Origin: Gammaproteobacteria bacterium
GTDB lineage: Bacteria > Pseudomonadota > Gammaproteobacteria > UBA4575
Assembly: GCA_014075255.1 (NCBI GenBank)
Contig: CP046178.1
Coordinates: 705,616-769,615, forward strand
Reading direction: 5' to 3'
Length of the DNA: 64,000 nucleotides
Below are positions 18,589 to 27,556 of this stretch, one piece after another (the first letter of the stretch is position 1; every line of letters starts with the position of its first letter). The notes beneath the pieces are model-generated. The model worked only from the letters and a program-made list of their open reading frames with translations. It made no database searches and had not been told where the DNA came from. Both the position numbers and the translations under genes were made by a program.

Positions 18589-19398
18589 TTGCTTGTGACT
18601 GAAATTCAATCAAGCACATTTGAGAATGAGCCTCCAACAACGAAAGATCTCAAAAAGTATTTTGTTGATAAAAATTTAAACAATACGACGAGAGAATCGA
18701 TTGATTGTGCAGCGCACATGATTCTAGTTATAGAGAGCCCCAGAGACACTGTTCATGTGGGACTTGCGCATATGGTAAATAGACTCAAAGTTTGTCGTGC
18801 AGATGCAGGGTTTGCTACTCCTGAAACTGAGATATACACACCTATTTCTGAGTTCTGCAGCGAAGATACTATTCCTCCATCAATCGTTGGATGCGTATTA
18901 CCAAATCAGCATGAAACAATGCAGAGAGTTTGGAATAGCTCATCGCCTGTTAAATATGAGGATGTTGAAAATAATCCACAGTTAGCACTTATCAAAAATA
19001 AACTTCTAGAATTGAAATGTAAGTCAATGTTAATGCAACGGTTAGTCTGGAACGATAAGTTAATAGGAATAGCTTGTGTGGATCACACCACCAGTAACCA
19101 TATATGGAACCAAACAGAAATAGATTTTATGGAAAGGTTTTGCACAAAGTTTTTAGCCCCTTTAGCAGGTATAAGTAACTACTGGCACAACCCAAAAATG
19201 CATCATATGTTTAAAAAACCATCTGATTCGGAATTAGTTGCAATTCAATTAGCCGCTAAAGGTATGAGCAGCAAACTGATCGCTATTGAATTAAATAAAT
19301 CTGTTAGAACAGTAGAAAATCAGTTACGCCATGCACGCAAGCGACTAAATGCACACAACCTCGCTGAGCTTATTAAGAAATGTGAACCATGGTTGTAA
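18589..19398 (+). CDS. GAF + LuxR-type HTH transcriptional regulator
   Basis: GAF-like IGIACVD...W..TEIDF; C-terminal KGMSSKLIAIELNKSVRTVENQL. Confidence 0.8.
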   Translation: MLVTEIQSSTFENEPPTTKDLKKYFVDKNLNNTTRESIDCAAHMILVIESPRDTVHVGLAHMVNRLKVCRADAGFATPETEIYTPISEFCSEDTIPPSIVGCVLPNQHETMQRVWNSSSPVKYEDVENNPQLALIKNKLLELKCKSMLMQRLVWNDKLIGIACVDHTTSNHIWNQTEIDFMERFCTKFLAPLAGISNYWHNPKMHHMFKKPSDSELVAIQLAAKGMSSKLIAIELNKSVRTVENQLRHARKRLNAHNLAELIKKCEPWL

Positions 19399-19531
19399 TT
19401 CTATAGTAAAAGTGCTCTTGCTTTAAATCAATTCAAAATATTCATTGGCTATTAACTTAACCATGTATATGGATATTTAAATAATCAATACTTTCATATT
19501 TAAATTTAACTTAAAAGTAAATTAACAAGCA

Positions 19532-20860
19532 ATGATAAAAATTAAATCACATTTATATTTTATAATAGTAATTATATTACTTGGTTCTTCATTAGTGTTC
19601 GCAAGTTCTAATAATCAAGAAACAAATACTGAAAGATATAAAGGGTCTGGTGATCGTAAGCAAGGTTACGACAAAGACTCCTATGTAACTAATTCCCTAA
19701 GTCTCGAAAAGAGAACTGGTAAGGAAGCCAATCTATTGCAGTTTGCGCAAGAAGCGCCACTTGGGTTGCCAAATTTAAAGATACCTCTTGATAACCCTAT
19801 TGACGCAAATAAAATAAATTTAGGGCGACGTCTTTTTTTCGACAGACGATTATCGCTGAATGATACTTTTTCTTGCGCTATTTGCCACGTTCCTGAACAA
19901 GGATTCACAAGCAATGAGTTATCTACCGCAATTGGCGTTGAAGGTCGAAGCATCAAACGTAATAGCCCAACCATGTATAACGTTGCTTACTACTCTGTTT
20001 TTTTTCACGATGGCAGAGAAACAACGCTAGAACAACAAGCTTGGTCACCTTTATTAGCTCAAAATGAAATGGCAAATCCTTCAATTGGCTATGTCCTTAA
20101 AAAACTCAAAGCGATTAAAGATTATGAAGGCTTATTTGAGAATGCATTCGCTGGCAAAGGCCCTACGATGGAAACTGTAGGCATGGCCTTAGCAAGTTAT
20201 CAACGCACATTGAATTCTGGAGAGTCTAAATTTGATCAATGGTATTTTGGTAAAAAAGATGCTGCCTTAAGCGCAGATGAAAAAGCCGGCTTCGAGCTAT
20301 TTACAGGTAAAGGTAGTTGCTCTTCCTGCCATATCATTAATGATCAGTATGCATTGTTTACTGATAATCAATTTCATAACACAGGACATGGATACGCTGT
20401 ATCAATGGCTCCTAAACCAGAAAAAGTGAATGTTCAATTAGCACCTGGTGTATTTGTAGATGTTGATTATGAAATTATAAAATCCGTATCACAAAGAACT
20501 AAAGCAAATGATGTTGGCCTATATGAAGTAACACAAAATCCTAATGATCGCTGGAAATTTAGAACTGCAAGTTTGCGAAATATAGAATTAACCGCTCCAT
20601 ATATGCATGACGGAGCTTTCAAGTCTATTAGAGAAGTAGTCGAGTTTTATAACCATGGAGGTGTGTCTAACGAGTTATTAAGTCCATTGATCAAACCTTT
20701 AAACCTCACCGAGAAAGAAATAGATAATTTAGTAGCTTTCTTACATGCGCTCACAGGTAACAACATACAAACGATTGTTGCAGATGCATTTTCTGCTCCA
20801 ATCGGTGATTTAAAAACGGAAGACCCAAACTGGGCACATGAAGCAGAATTAACAAATTAA
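19532..20860 (+). CDS. Diheme cytochrome c peroxidase / MauG family protein
   Basis: CAICH and CSSCH heme motifs, RNSPT, FHDGR, LRNIELTAPYMHDG. Confidence 0.9.
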   Translation: MIKIKSHLYFIIVIILLGSSLVFASSNNQETNTERYKGSGDRKQGYDKDSYVTNSLSLEKRTGKEANLLQFAQEAPLGLPNLKIPLDNPIDANKINLGRRLFFDRRLSLNDTFSCAICHVPEQGFTSNELSTAIGVEGRSIKRNSPTMYNVAYYSVFFHDGRETTLEQQAWSPLLAQNEMANPSIGYVLKKLKAIKDYEGLFENAFAGKGPTMETVGMALASYQRTLNSGESKFDQWYFGKKDAALSADEKAGFELFTGKGSCSSCHIINDQYALFTDNQFHNTGHGYAVSMAPKPEKVNVQLAPGVFVDVDYEIIKSVSQRTKANDVGLYEVTQNPNDRWKFRTASLRNIELTAPYMHDGAFKSIREVVEFYNHGGVSNELLSPLIKPLNLTEKEIDNLVAFLHALTGNNIQTIVADAFSAPIGDLKTEDPNWAHEAELTN

Positions 20861-21124
20861 TTAACATATCCGCTTTTGGTCGTTAGCATTTTTGCACTCC
20901 CATTAGGTTTGAAAGAACCGCCTACAGCCGAAAGTTAATGGGATATATGGGGATTCAAGTAAATCTAGTTATTTATATAATTCAATCATTTATGAAATAA
21001 AGGATAGTCGCAGCTTTAATTAATTTAGTAAATTTGTATGGACGACCTTAGTTTGTATAAAGCTGAGAATTTCATTGGTAGAATAAGCTCTCAATAGACA
21101 TTGTTTATTCATTGGAAGCAAGAT

Positions 21125-21391
21125 ATGGCTAGCGGGTGGTCTCGTGATGGAGCGGTTCAAGATCAGATAGATGCCAGTGTAGAGGATGCGATAAAGCTGG
21201 CACGTAGTCGATTACCTGATGGCGAGAGCTTACATAATTGTGAGGAATGCGAGAACGTAATTCCAGACGCACGCCGTAAAGCCATTCCTGGCGTTCGATT
21301 ATGTGTAGACTGTCAGTCTGAGCACGACAAAGAGCAGACTACATTCACTGGTGTCAATCGACGTGGCAGCAAAGACAGTCAACTGCGGTAA
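21125..21391 (+). CDS. ybiI: DksA/TraR C4-type zinc finger protein (YbiI-like)
   Basis: MASGWSRDGAVQDQID, CEEC...CVDC, NRRGSKDSQLR. Confidence 0.9.
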   Translation: MASGWSRDGAVQDQIDASVEDAIKLARSRLPDGESLHNCEECENVIPDARRKAIPGVRLCVDCQSEHDKEQTTFTGVNRRGSKDSQLR

Positions 21392-21452
21392 ACGAGTTAC
21401 CCTGCTCTTCTCTAATTAGTTCAATTGAGTTTTGCTGGGATAGAATAAGCAA

Positions 21453-21797
21453 TTAACAGCTCTTATAGCTCTTCTCCTTACACTCGGCGTATAATTTTTC
21501 CGCTGCTTCGATTTGAGTGGGAGTCATTTGCTTTACAAGTTCGCTTTTATATTCGCTTGCAGAATCGCCTAACCCTTGAATGTCGGCAGCATTAACCCAC
21601 ATATAGGCATATAACTTATCCTCTGGCACTCCTTCACCACTTGCATACATCTTACCTAGTTTGAATTGCGCTAAAGCCGCACCCTGCTCTGCAGACAATA
21701 GTGCTTTGTTTGCAGCTTTTTCTTCTTTTGTTTTACAACCCTGAATTACAAATACTAAAGCAAACAATGCTATACAAATAGGTAATGTAGATTTCAT
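21453..21797 (-). CDS. Sel1-like repeat lipoprotein
   Basis: Lipobox IQGC; AEQG..AQFKLG.MY..GEGVPED..AY.W. Confidence 0.8.
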   Translation of the reverse strand: MKSTLPICIALFALVFVIQGCKTKEEKAANKALLSAEQGAALAQFKLGKMYASGEGVPEDKLYAYMWVNAADIQGLGDSASEYKSELVKQMTPTQIEAAEKLYAECKEKSYKSC

Positions 21798-22157
21798 GCA
21801 AGTAACTCCCGCGTAAAAAGTGTGATATTCATTTGCTGTAAGGATTACATCAAACCATCACTACTTAATTTAATACCATTAATCCAACGCACACATCTTT
21901 CGTTACTCATAACAAGAAACGAAGTATTTGCGCAAGTCTGTCTACCAAAATTCTGTCAACACTATCATAGAAACAACCTAGGCATTTTTGTGGAAGGATA
22001 TTTAACATTCTTAGAGATTTAAATACTAAATAGACTATATAATTGAATGAGATACGTTACCTATATTGAAATTGCCGCATCCTTTTACACTATCACATCA
22101 TAATTTAAGATAATGCCTTCTACTTCTAATACATTTATAAATTAGATAATTATTAGG

Positions 22158-22967
22158 ATGAATAATTCGCCAGAATCTATACAGAATGATGTGATACACA
22201 GTTGGCATATTCGCGCGCACGCTTACGTTCAACTCATCGAACGATGGCCTATTTTTACCCATATGGTCGCACGGCTTTTGGCTTTTATACCTAAAGAATT
22301 TGATGGGCATGCACTGGATATCGCTGGCGGGAGTGGTCTAGTTTCGGAACATTTGCTTAGAAGAAGCCCAAAGTCGCGTGTAACTCTAATAGAACCGGCG
22401 CAAGGAATGCGCGAACTAGCTTCACATCGTCTTGGCAAACAAGTTGAAATCAAGGACACCACTAGCGACAACATAGATAAACTTGAGCTTACTGCTGATG
22501 CTGCATTATGTAGTGCTTCATTTCATTTAATAAACGAAGAAACAACGCTGCCTTCAATAGCTTCAGCACTTAAGAAAGACTCTATATTTGCTGTTAATCT
22601 GTGGGGACATTCCTTCGATGAAACCATAAATTTGCAGAAAAATACTGATTGGACTCAATTTGTGGATCAAGCACTACATGAATTCTATCTGCCACCGATG
22701 AAACCGCCCAACAAAATATCGTCCAGAATAAAAAGCAAGGAGAGATTAGAAATAATTGGGAACAATTGTGGTCTTCAATTGAATGAAATGAACATCGTAA
22801 CCACGAATATCGATACTCGATTCAGTATCGAATTTGCCGCTATGGACTATAAATTTCTTAATCAGGTTGAGAAAGGAATACGAGAAAAAGTAATAGCTCG
22901 AGCGCTGGAGTTATGTCGCGGTATAGATACAATTTCTACTGTTGATTTTAAATTTGAGAAAATTTGA
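22158..22967 (+). CDS. Class I SAM-dependent methyltransferase
   Basis: ALDIAGGSG motif I, LIEP motif II. Confidence 0.8.
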   Translation: MNNSPESIQNDVIHSWHIRAHAYVQLIERWPIFTHMVARLLAFIPKEFDGHALDIAGGSGLVSEHLLRRSPKSRVTLIEPAQGMRELASHRLGKQVEIKDTTSDNIDKLELTADAALCSASFHLINEETTLPSIASALKKDSIFAVNLWGHSFDETINLQKNTDWTQFVDQALHEFYLPPMKPPNKISSRIKSKERLEIIGNNCGLQLNEMNIVTTNIDTRFSIEFAAMDYKFLNQVEKGIREKVIARALELCRGIDTISTVDFKFEKI

Positions 22968-23050
22968 ATTTGCTCATAGAATTCTAAATTATTTTTTGTT
23001 CCTAGCTATTTGTAATGTTAGAGCTGGGACAAAATAAGCTTTCTTAAGTC

Positions 23051-23761
23051 TTACGCTAATTCAATCATTTTCAAATCTCTCTCTATATTTTCCCAACTCG
23101 GTATAAAACTATCTAATAGCCTTCGAAAATGCTTGTTATGATTACGTTCTATTAAGTGTGTCATTTCATGTACTACAACATACTCTAAACATGCTTCTGG
23201 TTGTTTCGCTAACTCAAGATTCAACCAAATTCTCTTCTTATTAATATTACATGTACCCCATCGGGTTTTCATTTTTTTTACACTCCACTCAGATACCTTT
23301 TTACCAATTATAGGTTGCCATTTTTCAATTAAAACTGGAATACGCATTTTTAATTCAGCTCGATACCATTCGTTCAATACTCTTTCTCTATTAACTAATT
23401 TTGTATTTGGGCGAATACACATTTTCAATGTGCCAGATGATTGCAGCTGCATTTGTGGTTTACCAGATTGTTCGACGACTTCTAATGTATATTGCTTTCC
23501 CATGAAATCATGAGTCTCACTGGTAACGTATTTTTTAACTTGCAGTATTGGCAGGCTTTTAATAGTTTGTATTCTTTTGTGTATCCAGCCCATTCTAGAT
23601 AGCACAGCTGCCTCTAAAGCTTCATCTGTAATATATTTTGGTGCCGAAATACGGACCTGACCATTGGCCGCACGAACCGAAAAATTGATATTTTTTATAT
23701 TTTTTCTTACGACCTGAATATTAATGCCAGAAACAATCAGATTTTCACCCGAAACAAGCAT
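23051..23761 (-). CDS. YgjP/DUF45 (M48-like) metal-dependent hydrolase
   Basis: MKTRWGTC and YVVVHEMTHL..NH motifs. Confidence 0.88.
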   Translation of the reverse strand: MLVSGENLIVSGINIQVVRKNIKNINFSVRAANGQVRISAPKYITDEALEAAVLSRMGWIHKRIQTIKSLPILQVKKYVTSETHDFMGKQYTLEVVEQSGKPQMQLQSSGTLKMCIRPNTKLVNRERVLNEWYRAELKMRIPVLIEKWQPIIGKKVSEWSVKKMKTRWGTCNINKKRIWLNLELAKQPEACLEYVVVHEMTHLIERNHNKHFRRLLDSFIPSWENIERDLKMIELA

Positions 23762-23844
23762 CGTTAATACTTCTGAATTGAGATCAAGATGTTAAATAAC
23801 CAGCTTGTTGATTATGCTAAGAATCAATATTTAATTACAAGTAT

Positions 23845-24396
23845 TTACTTAATATTTTTTTCAGCCATTTCATCTTTTACTAAGCTGATATTTATACTAA
23901 TTTGCCCTTGAATAAACTCGCTAATAATTGAATCGTATTTTTCTGAAGATTTTTTTGCAGCTTGCTCTGGTACTTTTTGTGAAAACTCAATGGTTTTTTT
24001 GCCAAGAGGTGAGCTGTAAAATTTCACGAGTTCTATAACTTCATCATGTGTATATGTTTCTTTATATATAGGCATATAGATATCTTTTTCTACAGCAGCA
24101 TAAGGCATTTTTTCAGCAACAAAGTCTTGGTAACCTTTTACCATTTCACTAAATCTATTTTTTAGAATTTCCCCTACCTGTTTCTTCTGCTCTACTGTCA
24201 AGGATTCAGAGCTAATATCTCGATCTGCAGCTTGGAAAAAACCGCCTTGCATTTGATTTATGATCACATTATTCAGACTAGAATAATTATTTTTCACGCC
24301 TGTTAGCTCAAATAACGTTTTTAGATCATTATCATAGCTATCTGCCAAAGCGGGAAAGCTAGCAAAAAGTAATGTGGCAGCAAAAAATATTTTCAT
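23845..24396 (-). CDS. DUF2059 family exported protein
   Basis: Signal peptide; YT.DE...L.KFYSSPLGKK motif. Confidence 0.8.
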   Translation of the reverse strand: MKIFFAATLLFASFPALADSYDNDLKTLFELTGVKNNYSSLNNVIINQMQGGFFQAADRDISSESLTVEQKKQVGEILKNRFSEMVKGYQDFVAEKMPYAAVEKDIYMPIYKETYTHDEVIELVKFYSSPLGKKTIEFSQKVPEQAAKKSSEKYDSIISEFIQGQISINISLVKDEMAEKNIK

Positions 24397-24521
24397 GATT
24401 AATTATTCCTGGTGGTAAACAAAATTATAACTAAGTGTTTAATTATCTTCATAGTAGTCGATTAAAATTCGCCTTACTGCATGGGTAGCCTCATCAACTT
24501 TTAGATTATATTGCTTGGCAA

Positions 24522-25859
24522 CTAATTTGCCAATTTCCTCAATGCTTCATCCCCATCGATGGCGCCTAATACTTGTGCTTGAAGCAAATGTTCTGATGAA
24601 CTAATTTCATTTTCATATTGCTTTGGTATGGATTTTGATGTGCTGCGAACCCATTCAGGAAGATATTCGTATTTTGTGGGGACTACAGCATCTTTAATTT
24701 TTTTTGCATGAAAAGTAAATACAGCCTCTGTACGCCCATGAGCACTTAAGGGTGAATGCATATACCGAATTGTGTTTCTCTTAGTTGAAACAATTTCAAA
24801 TCCATTTTTCTCAATCAACTCTATTACTTCTTCTTCACTGTAACACCAGGATTGCTGCTTATGGAAGAAAGCTAATGACCCAGTATTGATCCATGAACCC
24901 CCTTCTTTTAGGCATGAGTTTATACGGGGAATATAATCTCTCAAATTTTGCGGGATGATATCTAGTAACCATGGGGTCACTAAGGTGTCAAAACTTCTTT
25001 CTTTTACCGGCGGATTCATACCATCGCCAAACATAAAGAAAATATTCTTATTAATATCTTCCGGCGCTCGACAATTTTGTTCTTTAACAAATGAATCTTT
25101 ATTGAGTGGCGCAATTGGAAATTCATTTAAGCTAAATGGCTGGCCTTGAATTGCCTGGCAAGCTGCAAACATTAATAATGGATTGATATCTAATAAAACT
25201 GAACATGTTGGTATGTACTTTTGATGCAAATCGTAAGAAAGCCGCCCTGCCCCTGAACCTATTGTAAGTACTTTACCTAACTGCTGGTGTTCGGATAGAA
25301 CATTATTTACCGCATCAATCATTTGTTCGTTTTCACCATTATCCCACGCCCAATCACGAAAGATATTATCGTAATAACTAGTTAACCCTTGAACTTTAGG
25401 TGTTTTTGATTTCAATGCACTCAATGGATCATTTATTAACTCAGTATTTAGATGTTCGAATTTAAGCGGAGACAGTAAATCTAATATCTGTGATATCTGT
25501 TGTTTTTTAGCGTTGAGTAATTTATTAATTCGTTTTTGGCCCGACTTACTTAAGCGTTTATCTTTTTGAGCCTCTTTTAAACGCTGTTGCGCTTGTTGAT
25601 TAAGATGCAAAAAACCGTTTAAGCGCGCTTTCCACTCCAGAAGATTTATACTTGGTTGTTCAAACAACCATGGGATTGTCACTTCGCCGCACTTGAATAG
25701 AGGAAATTCGGTACTACATTGATCACATTGAATAACTTGGCCCACTAGCGAGATAGTGGCTTGTTGGTGATTGCATGCTGGGCAAGACATGCTTTCTAGA
25801 AGACACGTAGCTATTGATCCAGAAGCATCAGTTGTTTGCGAAACTTGGGGAGCGCTCAA
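24522..25859 (-). CDS. SAM-dependent methyltransferase (N2227/carnosine N-methyltransferase-like) with N-terminal zinc ribbon; C-terminus probably frameshifted (intact end about 24439)
   Basis: CPAC/CDQC, FRDW, IGSGAGRL, FDTLVTPWLLD, GGSWINTGSL. Confidence 0.72.
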   Translation of the reverse strand: MSAPQVSQTTDASGSIATCLLESMSCPACNHQQATISLVGQVIQCDQCSTEFPLFKCGEVTIPWLFEQPSINLLEWKARLNGFLHLNQQAQQRLKEAQKDKRLSKSGQKRINKLLNAKKQQISQILDLLSPLKFEHLNTELINDPLSALKSKTPKVQGLTSYYDNIFRDWAWDNGENEQMIDAVNNVLSEHQQLGKVLTIGSGAGRLSYDLHQKYIPTCSVLLDINPLLMFAACQAIQGQPFSLNEFPIAPLNKDSFVKEQNCRAPEDINKNIFFMFGDGMNPPVKERSFDTLVTPWLLDIIPQNLRDYIPRINSCLKEGGSWINTGSLAFFHKQQSWCYSEEEVIELIEKNGFEIVSTKRNTIRYMHSPLSAHGRTEAVFTFHAKKIKDAVVPTKYEYLPEWVRSTSKSIPKQYENEISSSEHLLQAQVLGAIDGDEALRKLAN

Positions 25860-25953
25860 TTTATGCAGAGAAAATATGATTTACAGGACTTAGTATTGTG
25901 CTAATTCAACCTCAGTATGTCACGAATCTTATCGTCTAATAAACACCGAGCAT

Positions 25954-25986
25954 AAAAAAACGGGATGATTATAAATCATCCCGTTT
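25954..25986 (-). terminator. Rho-independent terminator of the three-gene operon
   Basis: AAACGGGATGATT-ATA-AATCATCCCGTTT with a T-run on the minus strand. Confidence 0.8.
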
Positions 25987-26007
25987 CTAGTTAGTTTATG
26001 CTACTGA

Positions 26008-27549
26008 TTATACAGTGATTTGGTTGAAAGCAATATGCTCCACACCAGGGTTAGCGCCTAAGGTAGGCGTACCTAATGCTGCTCCAAATGCACCTGCATC
26101 TCCATGTAGTGCCAAGTAGTTTAAGACCACTACTTCAGCAAGAGAAACTACACTGTTTGCATAAGGGCTAGAGTTAGTATCGATGGTACCACCTGCCGTA
26201 AATGCACCAAGCTGATTAGATGCTGCACCGTTGCGCATCAGATTAGCTGTAGCTACCAGTGGACTGTACACAAACATAGCACTTGATGCTCTTTGTGAAT
26301 TGTCTGAACGCCAGCGGAATTTAGTTACATTACCGCCATTTGCACCTGCATTTTCAGGATTGTTCGTATCTGCAACTACAGCGCCATCACTGAAAAGATA
26401 GATCATCAAAGGTTGGTTTTGTAATCTTGCATACTCTAATGATGCACCAATGATTTGACCAATCTTAAAGTCTTTGTCATCCGTATCAGGACGTGGATTC
26501 TGGTGATAATCTCGACCACCAAACTCCATGGTGCCTATACCGCCATAGCCATTCACAACCACTTTCATGGTTGCTGCAGCTTTGCGGAAGTCACCATCAT
26601 TACTAATCTCACCATTAGGAAAGATGCTTAGTAAATCAGCATCCGCTTCAGGATCTAAATCCGTTGGCAAGATAGGTGATTGGAAGGTTGCAAGACTTTG
26701 ATCGTAGCCACATTGTATTAACTCTTCAGTAGCCGCTGCTTCAGTAATTAAACCAAGTTTAAGCTGCGTAAGAATTTGAGTTGCTACGGCAACACTATCG
26801 CTTGGGAAACCATCTGCTTCACCACCACTTAGACCAACTGCTTCGTTACGGTTGCTAACACGTGTCGGACCAAACTCTGCAGAAACCATGTAATCAGGTG
26901 CTCTTGAGCGACCGCCTGACTCTGAGTTTCGCGTACCTGTTGATACAACAAATTCACCTCGAGCCCCTGTACGAGCAATTCCGTACATAGGGTTATGAGG
27001 ATTGTTGCCTGTATCGTTTTCAGATCTGGCTGCGATAATGGATCCGTTCACATTACCTCTTGTGCCCGCACTGGTTTTATCCAGCATGCCTCTTAACATC
27101 GCACTATTTGGGTGCATCGCCAAACCAAAATCAGTGTTTACACCGACTGCATTTGGACTAATTGCTGCAGGCAGCCCTAATGATTCGTATGCATCATCTG
27201 GTAAGAAGGCAGTTTGACCACCTGCGCCGCCGACCATGATGTTAGAACCTGCAATGTTTGCACCGCCGCCCATATCAATCGCTAGGAAAGGAATTTTTCC
27301 TGCACCTAGCAATCCGTCGTCTGCACTAATTTCGCATGCATGTGCTCTGTTAACCATTGCACCTAAACTTGGTAGTAAAACTGTGCTAGTGCCTGCAATG
27401 AGCCCTCTTCCAAGAAACTCTCTGCGGGTGACAGGTCTACCATGACCGGTACTTCGGCACGATTCCTCGATGCGCTGCTCAAAGTGGCGATGAGCCTCTT
27501 CTGCGCGTCGACTTTGCTCTCTGTATTTCGTCATTGTCATATACCTCAC
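26008..27549 (-). CDS. Uncharacterised Tat-exported protein (DUF1501-like; family often mis-annotated GspF)
   Basis: Twin-arginine VTRREFLGRG; GGGANIAGSN, RSENDTGNNPHNPMYGI, GGRDYH, FSDG. Confidence 0.7.
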   Translation of the reverse strand: MRYMTMTKYREQSRRAEEAHRHFEQRIEESCRSTGHGRPVTRREFLGRGLIAGTSTVLLPSLGAMVNRAHACEISADDGLLGAGKIPFLAIDMGGGANIAGSNIMVGGAGGQTAFLPDDAYESLGLPAAISPNAVGVNTDFGLAMHPNSAMLRGMLDKTSAGTRGNVNGSIIAARSENDTGNNPHNPMYGIARTGARGEFVVSTGTRNSESGGRSRAPDYMVSAEFGPTRVSNRNEAVGLSGGEADGFPSDSVAVATQILTQLKLGLITEAAATEELIQCGYDQSLATFQSPILPTDLDPEADADLLSIFPNGEISNDGDFRKAAATMKVVVNGYGGIGTMEFGGRDYHQNPRPDTDDKDFKIGQIIGASLEYARLQNQPLMIYLFSDGAVVADTNNPENAGANGGNVTKFRWRSDNSQRASSAMFVYSPLVATANLMRNGAASNQLGAFTAGGTIDTNSSPYANSVVSLAEVVVLNYLALHGDAGAFGAALGTPTLGANPGVEHIAFNQITV

Positions 27550-27556
27550 TAGCCTA

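Noticed and set aside
18392-18598. 68-aa ORF upstream of the LuxR gene (likewise 21822-22022, 22098-22310, 46459-46641)
   Set aside because: Very AT-rich or low-information composition with no RBS; probably spurious.
26008-27549. Type II secretion GspF call
   Set aside because: No GspF transmembrane architecture; it has a Tat signal and no other T2SS genes are nearby.
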